A stretch of 64,000 bases of DNA from Planctomycetota bacterium (GTDB lineage: Bacteria > Planctomycetota > Phycisphaerae > Sedimentisphaerales > Anaerobacaceae): NCBI GenBank assembly GCA_022563885.1, contig JADFMM010000002.1, positions 6,786 through 70,785 on the forward strand, in the 5' to 3' direction. Both the position numbers and the translations under genes were made by a program. The notes beneath the pieces are model-generated. The model saw only the letters and a list, made by a program, of their open reading frames with translations. It searched no databases and was not told where the DNA came from. Positions 46,395 to 55,337 of the stretch are shown here, piece after piece. Position 1 is the first letter of the stretch. Each line of letters begins with the position of its first letter.

Positions 46395-47202
46395 TGGCGT
46401 AGAACACGATGTTGATCCCCATGGGGTAGGCCTTCTTCTCGGAGAACTCGTGGAAGTACCACTTGTCCACGCCCTCCTCCTCCCAGCCGTCACCTAGATC
46501 GGTGTTGTGACAGATGATGGCCATCATGCGGCCCTCGTCGTCGTAGAGGGCCTTAAAATGAACCTCCTGGGCGTCATATCGTTCCCAGGTGATGCCCTGG
46601 CTACGACCCCGAAGTGCGTCGCCGATGTTGGGGATCTGCGGTTTCTCCTTGAGATCAAACACGGCATGGAAGATGGGGTGGCTCAGCGGAAGTTCTTCCG
46701 GAACGCGATTGGGGAAGACCCGCGAAATCTCATACTCGAAGTTTTGCCACTCCCGCTCCCCCCAAAAATCATCGACCATGAGAAACCCGCCGTTGAGTAG
46801 GTACTGCCGTAAGGCGGTCACCTCGTCCTCCGTAAACCTTAGACTCCCCGGCTCCACAATATAAATGAAGGGATAGTTAAAGAGTTCAGGATCGGTCAGT
46901 TCGAGAATCAGGCCGTTGGGATTGACTTCCATGGCGGTCAATTGGTGCAGGCGATAGGAGAAATTGAGATCGCTGTCGGGATAGTCTGTGGCCCAACGCC
47001 CCCAACGACCGCGTCCGCGCCAACCCCGCCCGGAAGACCAGCGAATGCGGACGAAGGTGAAGACGTCCTCCGCGAATTCCGCGTCGGGTTCCCAATAGGG
47101 CACACCTGCCCGGTAGTCGTAGCGATAGTTCTGGGCCAGCGACAAAGTCAGGCCCATGATCACGAGCAGCAAGAGACCGCCCAGAAAGATGGGTCGTTTC
47201 AC
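46384..47202 (-). CDS. DUF4159 domain protein
   Basis: N-terminal TM/signal, WATDYPDSDLNFSYRL, ELFNYPFIYIVEPGSLRFTEDEVTALRQYLLNGGFLMVDDFWG. GTGA overlap with the upstream stop. Confidence 0.8.
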   Translation of the reverse strand: MKRPIFLGGLLLLVIMGLTLSLAQNYRYDYRAGVPYWEPDAEFAEDVFTFVRIRWSSGRGWRGRGRWGRWATDYPDSDLNFSYRLHQLTAMEVNPNGLILELTDPELFNYPFIYIVEPGSLRFTEDEVTALRQYLLNGGFLMVDDFWGEREWQNFEYEISRVFPNRVPEELPLSHPIFHAVFDLKEKPQIPNIGDALRGRSQGITWERYDAQEVHFKALYDDEGRMMAIICHNTDLGDGWEEEGVDKWYFHEFSEKKAYPMGINIVFYAMTH

Positions 47203-49835
47203 AGCGTATCCTCCTGAATTGTCGGTGAAACAGGTTCTTCGTCCGGCTTAGCGGCGGGGGGGGGCTCCTTGGCCTTGTCGCGCATTTTCAGCAGCAGTCG
47301 ATGGGCCTCGCGAAATCGTGGCGCATCGGCCAGCGTTTCGAGCAGATAGCGTTTGGCGGCGCCGGGATCCTCCTCTTGCAGGATGCGGGCCAGACGAAAG
47401 TTGACCTCGGCCGGATTGGCCGGGTCGAGGAGCAGCAGACCTTGGTAGAGGGCAACCGCCTGTTCATGGCTCCCCAAGGCTTCATGCGCCTGTCCCATGC
47501 GCCAATGCACGGTGCTGAGCAGGGGATAGACCGCCTGGTATTTCTCCCCATACGCGACGACCTGCTGCCAGTTTTGCTGTTCCATACCCAGTTCCATCAG
47601 CCGCGTGTAAGCCGTCGCCGCGTCCGAGGAGCGGGAGGCCCATTCGTTCAGAATGCGGGCCTCTTGACGGGTCTCACCCAGGGTGCGGTGAACTTCGGCG
47701 AGCAGGGCATAGGCGTTGCCTGCGCCGGTGTCCTCCGGGTAAAGGGCAATCAAGGTGGCGAGTGCCGCTTTGGCGTCGATCCACTCTCTCTGTCGCACCA
47801 GATGCCTGACGTGGATGCGCAGCGCCCAGAGGCTGTCCGGATGTTTGGTCAACCACTGGGTGACGGACTCGGGATCGCGGGGATCGACTTGATCGCGCTC
47901 GGGTTGATACCAATCGGCATCTTCGGCCAGACTCTCGGCTCTCCCGCGGGCAAACTCTGCAAAGCGCTCTTCAAGCTGTTCGAGAGGCTGGGTCTGCCGC
48001 GCGAGGGTACTGTTGATCTCCCGTCCTTTTCCGAGGTCGGCGAGGATGGCCTTGAGCGTATCCAGTCCGAAATTCTCGATCAGGAATTCTACCACCAGAG
48101 AAGACTGGTAGTAGGCAAACTGTAGCTGCGCGGGACTACTCGGGCTGATAAAGGCACGACTGAGCTGACTGATGGGGATCAGTTCGGATCCGAGGATCAT
48201 GCGGCGGTATTCCGGGTTCATGTGCTGACCACAGGTGGCATCCCGCTGAACCTCCTCGTAGACAGAGATGCCCTCACTGAGCCAACGGGGCATCTTGTTA
48301 CGCGTCAGGTTAAGTGTGATGACGTGACAGAACTCATGCCACAAGGTGGATTCCCAATTGGCCAAGGTCTCCCGCTTGGGGCTGTTGGCCGTGATCACGT
48401 TGCCGAAACAGACGCCCAGGAACTCTCCGCCCCCGAGCGTGCCAAAGGTGCGAATGGCAAAATCCTGTTGGCGATTAAAGAGTTCTACCGTGACCGGCTG
48501 CTCCAATTGGAGTCCATACTTCTTGCAGAGCGTAGACTTGGCCTCCTGAAGTAGACTCAGGACCCTGTCTCCGTAGATCTCCGCTTCGCGCCGCTCCATC
48601 TTCAGTACGATGCCCTCTCCGGACATGACCTTGAATTCGGCCAGCTTGTCCTGGAGGTTGACCAGATTGAAGGCCTTGACATTGTATGGGTCCTGCTCGT
48701 AGACCTCATTGGCTAGGTCCCAACCCCGTTCCTCGTCTCCCAGTCGCAGGAGGTCTTCGGCCAACTGTCCCTTCGCAGGCAGATAGTCCCGGTCGAACGC
48801 CAGCGCCTGACGCTGATAGGCGGCGCCTTCGGCAAACCAATAGCGTTGGGAAAGTTTCCTGCCGATGAGATAGTCGACACGGGGATTGTCGGGCCAAAAC
48901 CTCAGCGCGTGGGCCCGGCAGCCCTTGACGTCGTTGGGTTCGTTGGTCAGGTGCGCCAGAACCGTCCGGTAGGCCCAGGCATCGGGATGGTGGGGATTCA
49001 CATCGGTGACTTGATCGAGGAGTTCCCGTGCGCCGGCATAGTTCTCACAGTCGATCTGATGTTCGGCCAGGAGCACCAGCGCCGCGGCGTGGCGAGGATT
49101 GACCGAGAGCGCGGCATCCAGCGCCTGGATCATCGCCTGACGATCACTCTGATAGAAGGCCTGCGCCAAGCCGCAGTAGGCATCCGGAGCATCGCCAAAG
49201 CGCTTGATCGCGCGCGCATATTCCTTTGACGCGAGGTCATAATCCTCCTTGGCCAGGGCCAAGGCACCCACGGCCAAATAGGCATTGTGACAATTCGGAT
49301 CGTTTTTCAGGGCGCGGTAGTAGAATTCATCCAGTATCAGGCGTGGCTCGCCCCCTAGGTGCAGGAGTGACTCGCCGACGACGACCAGGTCTAAACTCTC
49401 CATGGATTCGATTCGGCGGATGGAGGCGATGCGGTAGATGGTCTGCAGCATCTCCGCGGCCTGCTCTTTCTGCCCAGTCTGCGTGTAGACGGTGTGGGCC
49501 AGCTTGAGCGCCCGGAAGGCGTAGTTGGGCACGACGTTGTCAATCTCTTTGGCCGCGTCTTCATATCGGCCCAAGGCCAGGAGTGACTTCACCATCAAGA
49601 TGGACCAGTCAATCCCGTACCTTCTCTCCGCGAGAACGGCACGGGTGGATTCCAGGCACTGTTCATACTGTCCCGTTCTGAACTGCCGGCGGGAAAGCTT
49701 GATATCGGCGGCTCGAGTCGAACCGGCCCATCCGGACAAGACTGCCACGCAGCTCAAGAGCAGAACGCTCTTCCAGAGCCGTGCACGCTCTATGCAGTTG
49801 GACGCAACCCTGTTTCTATCCGCCTTATTGCCCAT
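47199..49835 (-). CDS. Secreted TPR-repeat protein with embedded MA-clan (gluzincin-like) metallopeptidase domain
   Basis: Signal peptide and N- and C-terminal TPR blocks. The central TLWHEFCHVITLNLTRNKMPRWLSEGISVYEE gives HExxH plus a downstream Glu in the arrangement of peptidase-MA-like domains. First gene of the operon. Confidence 0.75.
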   Translation of the reverse strand: MGNKADRNRVASNCIERARLWKSVLLLSCVAVLSGWAGSTRAADIKLSRRQFRTGQYEQCLESTRAVLAERRYGIDWSILMVKSLLALGRYEDAAKEIDNVVPNYAFRALKLAHTVYTQTGQKEQAAEMLQTIYRIASIRRIESMESLDLVVVGESLLHLGGEPRLILDEFYYRALKNDPNCHNAYLAVGALALAKEDYDLASKEYARAIKRFGDAPDAYCGLAQAFYQSDRQAMIQALDAALSVNPRHAAALVLLAEHQIDCENYAGARELLDQVTDVNPHHPDAWAYRTVLAHLTNEPNDVKGCRAHALRFWPDNPRVDYLIGRKLSQRYWFAEGAAYQRQALAFDRDYLPAKGQLAEDLLRLGDEERGWDLANEVYEQDPYNVKAFNLVNLQDKLAEFKVMSGEGIVLKMERREAEIYGDRVLSLLQEAKSTLCKKYGLQLEQPVTVELFNRQQDFAIRTFGTLGGGEFLGVCFGNVITANSPKRETLANWESTLWHEFCHVITLNLTRNKMPRWLSEGISVYEEVQRDATCGQHMNPEYRRMILGSELIPISQLSRAFISPSSPAQLQFAYYQSSLVVEFLIENFGLDTLKAILADLGKGREINSTLARQTQPLEQLEERFAEFARGRAESLAEDADWYQPERDQVDPRDPESVTQWLTKHPDSLWALRIHVRHLVRQREWIDAKAALATLIALYPEDTGAGNAYALLAEVHRTLGETRQEARILNEWASRSSDAATAYTRLMELGMEQQNWQQVVAYGEKYQAVYPLLSTVHWRMGQAHEALGSHEQAVALYQGLLLLDPANPAEVNFRLARILQEEDPGAAKRYLLETLADAPRFREAHRLLLKMRDKAKEPPPAAKPDEEPVSPTIQEDTL

Positions 49836-50287
49836 AGGCCAGATCGCCCCTCGTGACGTCAGGTGTTGTCTAAAATATTCCTACAGTGAGCCCGTCTAAG
49901 GCGGCGTCCCCCTCTGGGTGACCTCATGCGTTCGGTCTCGGGTGGACAGAACACGACGACGAACACTTGCGACGCATCAAGCCATTTCAATTGCAACTCC
50001 ATGCAACGAACGCATTTATATTATTATGGTGTTTGCGTGCAAACACTGCAAGGCCTATTTTACGGGGTGCAGAGTCCAATCACGCTTGATATAGTCACTG
50101 ATAGCTTGGTGGTCGCCCATGGCAATAGGTCACACATTGCCGGGAGGATGCACCGCGGGCCTAGCCAAGGAGAACAACGGTTTAATATTGCAGACTTCGA
50201 GAGGAGGGTCGAGGCTCTGTCTGACAACTCGGGCTGGAAGAGGAGTAAGGCATCGCGATGCTGTTGCCGCGCGAAAAGGAGACAGGC

Positions 50288-51069
50288 ATGAAATCAAACC
50301 AAGCACGAGGAAAGCGCGGCCCGGTCGTCACCCGCCGTCGCTTCATACGGGGGTCGGTCTCGACCGGCTTGACGACGCTTCTGGCGACGCGGCTGTCGAG
50401 CCCTAGGCTGGGGGTTCCGACAGAATCCGGGTGGGCCTTGTCGGCTGCGGCGGCCGGGGCATCTACGCCGGCATCGGTGACTGCGCCCCATCCTCACGCG
50501 GCGTACAGTTGACGGCCATCGGAGATCTCTTTCCCGAACGCGTCGCCCAGGCGCCCGAGAAGATCAAGGCGAACCTGCTGCGGCACGAGCTACCGGTCGA
50601 TGACATCTATCTCGTCACGGAGGAGACAGCTATGACCATATGAGCGTTGAGTATGAGTATCCGGGCGGCGTGCGCGTCACACACCTCGGCCGTCAGATGG
50701 ATCAATGCACGAATCGCAGCAGCATCACCCTTCAGGGCAGCCGTGGGAGGGCCACATTAGACTTCGGCCACGCCAAGATCGGGAGACCAGCCCTTCCAGT
50801 ATGATAGCCGGAGGGTGCAACCGGCTATCCAGCAGTATGCCGATATGATCGCCACCATCCGAAGCAACGAACCCATCAACGAAGGCCGTCAGGTGGCTGA
50901 ATCCACCATGACAGCCATCCTGGGCCGTATGAGTGGCTATACCGGGCGTGCGCTCAAATGGGATTGGGCCATGAACAGCGCAAAGCTCGACCTCAGTCCA
51001 CCGACTCTGGCATTTGGCGACCTGCCGGAAAGACCCGTTGCCATTCCCGGCGTCCGAAAGTTGATCTAG
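50288..51069 (+). pseudogene. Decayed Gfo/Idh/MocA-family oxidoreductase (Tat-signal type)
   Basis: Pieces lie in three frames. (1) Tat leader MKSNQARGKRGPVVTRRRFIRGSVSTGL (from 50288). (2) Rossmann start RIRVGLVGCGGRG...LTAIGDLFPERV (frame of 50431). (3) HMSVEYEYPGGVRVTHLGRQMDQC... (from about 50638). (4) C-terminus QQYADMIATIRSNEPINEGRQVAESTMTAILGRMSGYTGRALKWDW...PGVRKLI (to 51069). Total about 780 bp against roughly 1.3 kb expected, so there are frameshifts plus an internal deletion. Confidence 0.7.
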
Positions 51070-51211
51070 CCAGGCTTGGCCTGGACAATCGGTGACAAAG
51101 CATTTTCCGGTGGACGCCCGACGCTTGCGTGCTCACCCATTGTGACAATCGGGCGTTCGACCGACACGGGATGCTGCGCCATGAACTCCAGCCATTCGCC
51201 GTGGCTCAAAC

Positions 51212-52438
51212 TCAATGCGCTTCGGTCGTTCGATCGGTCGCGGGTCCTTGCTTTGTCTGCTCATTGACCACCTCATCCACTTTTATACCCAGCGTCTGGG
51301 CGCGTTTCTCCCAGCGCCGTCGCGCCAGGGCCTGCATGTCTTCTTCCTGGTCCATCTCATCGACGATCTCTTCTCCCAAAAGGGTCTCTACCACGTCTTC
51401 AAAAGTGACCAGGCCGTTCGTGCCGCCATATTCGTCGACCACCAGTGCGATGTGCTGTCGCTTGTCGAGAAAAGTCTCCAGGAGGGCCGAAATCGGCATC
51501 TCCCGCGGGACCACCATGATGTCCCTCTTCAGGGTCTTGAGTTGGGCCTCACCGCGATTCTGCGCCTTGAAGAGCAGCACGTCGTCCTTGAGGACGAAGC
51601 AGTTCGCATCGTCGATGTCCACCTTGTACAGAGGCAGCCGGGAAAACTGCGTTTCACCGGCCAGGGCCTCAGTCACGGTCATGTCTTCGGGGAGGCCGAC
51701 GATGACGGTCCGCGGTGTCATGATATCCTTGGCCTTCAGGGATCGGAGCCGGAACAGATTGCGAATGATCCCCGATTCGTGTTGGTCGATCTGTCCCGAT
51801 TGTTCGCCGATGCCGGCCAGGGCGATGAACTCGTCACGGCTAAAGACAGGTAGATTCCTTCGTCCAGCGATCAGCTTGGTCAATCTTTCCGAGATCCAGA
51901 TTAAGGGGTAGAGCGCCCGAATGAGCCCGCGCACGAAGAGGCTGGTGGGGCCGGCGAGATTTCTCCAGTGGAGAGCACCCAGGGTCTTGGGGATGATCTC
52001 GGAGAGGAAGAGGATCAGCAGCGTCATGACTGCAGAGAAGAGTCCGAACCAGGCACTGCCGAAGACCAGGGTTGCCTTGGCCCCGGCGCCAATCGCGCCC
52101 ACGGTGTGGGCAATGGTGTTCAGAGTCAGGATCGCTGCCAGGGACTGGTCGACTTTTTCCTGTTTGAGGCGCTGCAACAGGGCCGCCTGTTGCGGTTGTT
52201 TTTCTTTCAGTCCGGCAATGTAGGAGGGCGTGATGCTCAAGAGAACGGCCTCTGCCACAGAACATAGGAAGGAGACGATCAGTGCGAGCAGCACAAAGAC
52301 GATCAGTAGCACGACGTCCGCACGGGTGGGTACGTAGTCCACAGGCGGTGCCTGCGAGGGCCCTTCGCCGCCCAAGGCCGTGGTGACCGGCATGAACACC
52401 ATGGCGAAGAGGATCGATAGTCGGATACAATTGAGCAT
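51212..52438 (-). CDS. CNNM/DUF21 + CBS pair + CorC_HlyC transporter-associated protein (hemolysin family)
   Basis: Four N-terminal TM helices with AEAVLLS and LSEIIPKT (DUF21), tandem CBS region (DIMTPRTVIV...), and a C-terminal CorC_HlyC-like region (HIALVVDEYGGTNGLVTFEDVVETLLGEEIVDE). Confidence 0.88.
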   Translation of the reverse strand: MLNCIRLSILFAMVFMPVTTALGGEGPSQAPPVDYVPTRADVVLLIVFVLLALIVSFLCSVAEAVLLSITPSYIAGLKEKQPQQAALLQRLKQEKVDQSLAAILTLNTIAHTVGAIGAGAKATLVFGSAWFGLFSAVMTLLILFLSEIIPKTLGALHWRNLAGPTSLFVRGLIRALYPLIWISERLTKLIAGRRNLPVFSRDEFIALAGIGEQSGQIDQHESGIIRNLFRLRSLKAKDIMTPRTVIVGLPEDMTVTEALAGETQFSRLPLYKVDIDDANCFVLKDDVLLFKAQNRGEAQLKTLKRDIMVVPREMPISALLETFLDKRQHIALVVDEYGGTNGLVTFEDVVETLLGEEIVDEMDQEEDMQALARRRWEKRAQTLGIKVDEVVNEQTKQGPATDRTTEAH

Positions 52439-52466
52439 CCCGTTTCTTAGAATGTCCTAATCTCCT

Positions 52467-52664
52467 TCATCGATCTCTAACGTAGTGTCTGAGAGAGGGT
52501 TTGTCCAACAAATCGAGGACGGTGTCGATGCGCCGACGGTAGAGGGTACCGCCGATGTCGGCCAGCACATAGGCCCCCGTCTCGGCCCGGTGACTTCGGA
52601 CGCGACACCGGCCGTTGCGAACCCAGCGCCACGAATTCGTCGACTGCCAGACCGCGCGGGTCAT
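52467..52664 (-). CDS. Possible small ORF (65 aa), unknown function
   Basis: ATG at 52664. The codon third positions are strongly G/C-biased, like neighbouring real genes. It exactly fills the 300-bp gap between two minus-strand genes. It is Arg/Trp-rich with no recognisable motif, and the longer ORF-track version overlaps a credible membrane protein. Confidence 0.25.
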   Translation of the reverse strand: MTRAVWQSTNSWRWVRNGRCRVRSHRAETGAYVLADIGGTLYRRRIDTVLDLLDKPSLRHYVRDR

Positions 52665-52738
52665 CCAGGGCACGCAGCCGCTCTTCAAACTGTACTCGTC
52701 GACTGACCCGCGGCAGGACGCCGTCGCAGACACAGGGC

Positions 52739-53383
52739 CTAAAGGGCCGTCTCTTGGATGGGTTGAGTCTTCTGACGCAGGAACCTCGTGACAGAGTACA
52801 TCGACAAGCCGATGTGGGTCAGGGTCGGCAACATTGCCGAGATGCCGATGATGATGCCAAAATAGACGTTCCGCCAGTGCCTCAGAGGGTTGCGGAGCGC
52901 CGCCTCCAGACGCCCTCCATACTCGGCCGTACGTTCGGCGAGGGATTCCGGGCTGAACTGGATGTAACTGACCAGCCAGCCCGAGACGGAAAAGACCATG
53001 AGAATCCATCCTGTCGCGATGACGGCAATGACCAGATCGATGCCCAGATGGAAGAGGTAACTCCGAGTCGAGATGGTCCGCAGGGCACGCCGGGCGATCC
53101 ATATCGTCACAAAGAAGGAGAGGGAATCAAAGACCGCTCCAAAGAACCCGACAGGGAACTGCAGTAGGAAGTAGTGAACCGGTTCCTCTCTGAGTTCCCC
53201 GGGGTAGGCCGTGAGAAGGGCCCACCAATAGCAGAACATGTTCAGCCCCATAAAAAAGATGAACAGGCTGACAAAGAAGGCCCGCAGATCTCCGCGCCGT
53301 TCCTCGTAGTATCGCAATAGGTAGGCCAGGGTCTGCCGCCAAATGGAGACAAACGTTATTTCAGTGGACTCGCTTTGCATCAC
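52739..53383 (-). CDS. Hypothetical integral membrane protein (about 5 TM)
   Basis: Hydrophobic segments FFVSLFIFFMGLNMFCYWWALL, LLQFPVGFFGAVFDSLSFFVTIWIA, LGIDLVIAVIATGWILMVFSVSGWLV and YFGIIIGISAMLPTLTHIGL. No family recognised. Confidence 0.6.
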   Translation of the reverse strand: MMQSESTEITFVSIWRQTLAYLLRYYEERRGDLRAFFVSLFIFFMGLNMFCYWWALLTAYPGELREEPVHYFLLQFPVGFFGAVFDSLSFFVTIWIARRALRTISTRSYLFHLGIDLVIAVIATGWILMVFSVSGWLVSYIQFSPESLAERTAEYGGRLEAALRNPLRHWRNVYFGIIIGISAMLPTLTHIGLSMYSVTRFLRQKTQPIQETAL

Positions 53384-53713
53384 ATCTCCGCGCGCTAAGG
53401 TTTAGGAAGGAGGTCGGCTAAGAGTTTTGGTCGTCGGTTCCCCCTGCGCAAGGTGCTCAGTCCTAAAAAAAAGCAGGACTACAACCCCAAAGTATACCGA
53501 AATTGCCGAAAAAATGCAACCCTGTTTGCGGGTATGCGCGGCTATCGGGGGCTCCTATCTTGGCCGTTATCCGAGGCGTAATCGCTCTCCTCAGATGTAT
53601 CGATCCGGAGGTGCACCGCACCGAGGCTGCATGCCAGATGACAGGAGAGCGTCGACTTTCCGGTTCCGGGCAACCCACCAAACATAAAAAGCACGATCTC
53701 GCCTTATGTGTCC

Positions 53714-54373
53714 TTAAACCGGCTGCTTAACGGTCCGCAGATAGGGCTTCACCGTTTTCCACCCATTAGGAAACATTTTTTCGGCCTCTTCATTGGAGAC
53801 CGACGGTACGATGATGACATCCTCGCCGTTCTTCCAATTCGCAGGCGTCGCCACCTTGTGTTTCGCCGTGAGCTGCATGGAATCGAGCACGCGCAACACC
53901 TCGTCAAAATTTCGTCCGGTGGTCATGGGATAGGTGATCGTCAGCTTGATTTTCTTGTCGGGTCCGATGATAAACACCGAGCGCACCGTGGCATTGGCCG
54001 CCGCCGTACGCCCCTGAGAGGAGCCTGCTTCGTCGGCTGGGAGCATGTCGTACAGCTTGGCCACCGCCAGGTCAATGTCGCCAATCATCGGGTATCCCAC
54101 CTTGTGACCCTGGGTCTCTTCGATGTCTTTGCTCCACGCCGCGTGGTCCGTCACGGGGTCGACGCTCAGGCCGATGATCTTGCAGTTCCGCTTGGCAAAC
54201 TCCGCCTCCAGGCCGGCCAAATAGCCCAGTTCGGTGGTGCAGACCGGTGTGAAGTCCTTGGGATGCGAGAACAAGACGCCCCAGCTATCGCCCAGCCACT
54301 CGTGAAAGTCTATCCGGCCTTGGGTTGTTTCGGCGCTAAAGTTGGGGGCCTCATCGTTGATTCGTAGCGACAT
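53714..54373 (-). CDS. 1-Cys peroxiredoxin (Prx6 type)
   Basis: APNFSAETTQGRIDFHEWLGDSWGVLFSHPKDFTPVCTTELG carries the peroxidatic PVCTTE motif. There is no resolving Cys and the length is Prx6-like. Confidence 0.92.
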   Translation of the reverse strand: MSLRINDEAPNFSAETTQGRIDFHEWLGDSWGVLFSHPKDFTPVCTTELGYLAGLEAEFAKRNCKIIGLSVDPVTDHAAWSKDIEETQGHKVGYPMIGDIDLAVAKLYDMLPADEAGSSQGRTAAANATVRSVFIIGPDKKIKLTITYPMTTGRNFDEVLRVLDSMQLTAKHKVATPANWKNGEDVIIVPSVSNEEAEKMFPNGWKTVKPYLRTVKQPV

Positions 54374-54521
54374 CGTGTATCTCCTTTAGTCAAAAGTGCT
54401 TCGGTTCAATGGCAGTAGTTTACCACGTAGCGCAGATAAAGAAACTCCTTTTTCAACAGGGGAATTGTGGCCGGACATGCGCGTTTCGGGCAGAAGCCAC
54501 ATGTCCGAGTCTAAACGTCCA

Positions 54522-55289
54522 TCATTCGTATAGGTCCATGATGTCACTCCTTGCAAGTTCGACGAGGTAGTCTGCGATTCTCCGGGTCAGGTCGTCCAGG
54601 AAGGCCTTTCCCTTCTCGGCGCTCGCCCGGCGGGGGTCACCGACTCCCGTATCCACGGTGGCCTTGACCCAGTCTCGTTGCGCCCACACCCACCCCTCCT
54701 GCAGCCCCTGCAGCTTAAAGCGCCGGCTGGCACCGCTTCCAGCTTCCGCTAGGGGTAAGACCAAATCTGCGGCGATGGACATCATGACGCTGGTCTCCAT
54801 CTCTCCCGCGTGGTCTCCCGGTTCCTCGAAGTACCTCCCGCCGTCGAGCACTTGGTACCAGTTGATGGCACTCAAGAAGAGCTGGGGATAGTCGGGTTGG
54901 ATCTCACGGATCATCTGGCGAAAATCATTGCCGCCGTGCCCGTTCAGAACAACCAGTTTCGCGAAACCCTGACGTGACAGTGACGCGACGACATCGCGAA
55001 GGACCGATGCCTGCGTGCTCGGATTCATGTTGATGTCGAGCCTGATGTCCAACTGTCCGGTGTTGACACCAAAGGGTACCGTGGGGAGCACGATGACCTT
55101 GACGCCTCTCTCCCAGGCGATCCGCGCCGCCTCCGCGGCGATATGGTCAGATTCGATCACATCGGTGCCATAGGGAAGGTGGTAGTTGTGCGCTTCTGTC
55201 GCCCCCCAGGGCAGCACGGCGACGGCGTAGTCCGTGTTCTTCACCGTTTTCCAGTGTGTCTCTGCTAGCACGTAGGGGCGTGAGGGCAT
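54522..55289 (-). CDS. Creatininase-family amidohydrolase
   Basis: VAVLPWGATEAHNYHLPYGTD, VVLNGHGGN, GDHAGEMETS are creatininase-fold metal-binding motifs. Confidence 0.85.
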   Translation of the reverse strand: MPSRPYVLAETHWKTVKNTDYAVAVLPWGATEAHNYHLPYGTDVIESDHIAAEAARIAWERGVKVIVLPTVPFGVNTGQLDIRLDINMNPSTQASVLRDVVASLSRQGFAKLVVLNGHGGNDFRQMIREIQPDYPQLFLSAINWYQVLDGGRYFEEPGDHAGEMETSVMMSIAADLVLPLAEAGSGASRRFKLQGLQEGWVWAQRDWVKATVDTGVGDPRRASAEKGKAFLDDLTRRIADYLVELARSDIMDLYE

Positions 55290-55337
55290 GGGGTCTCCCG
55301 TCTTTTATTCGTGGGTGGTAGATTTCCTGAGGTCGCG

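Noticed and set aside
52467-53102. 211-aa minus-strand ORF from the track.
   Set aside because: Its upstream two thirds overlap, in another frame, the credible five-TM protein at 52739-53383. Only the non-overlapping tail (52467-52664) is retained, as a low-confidence small ORF.
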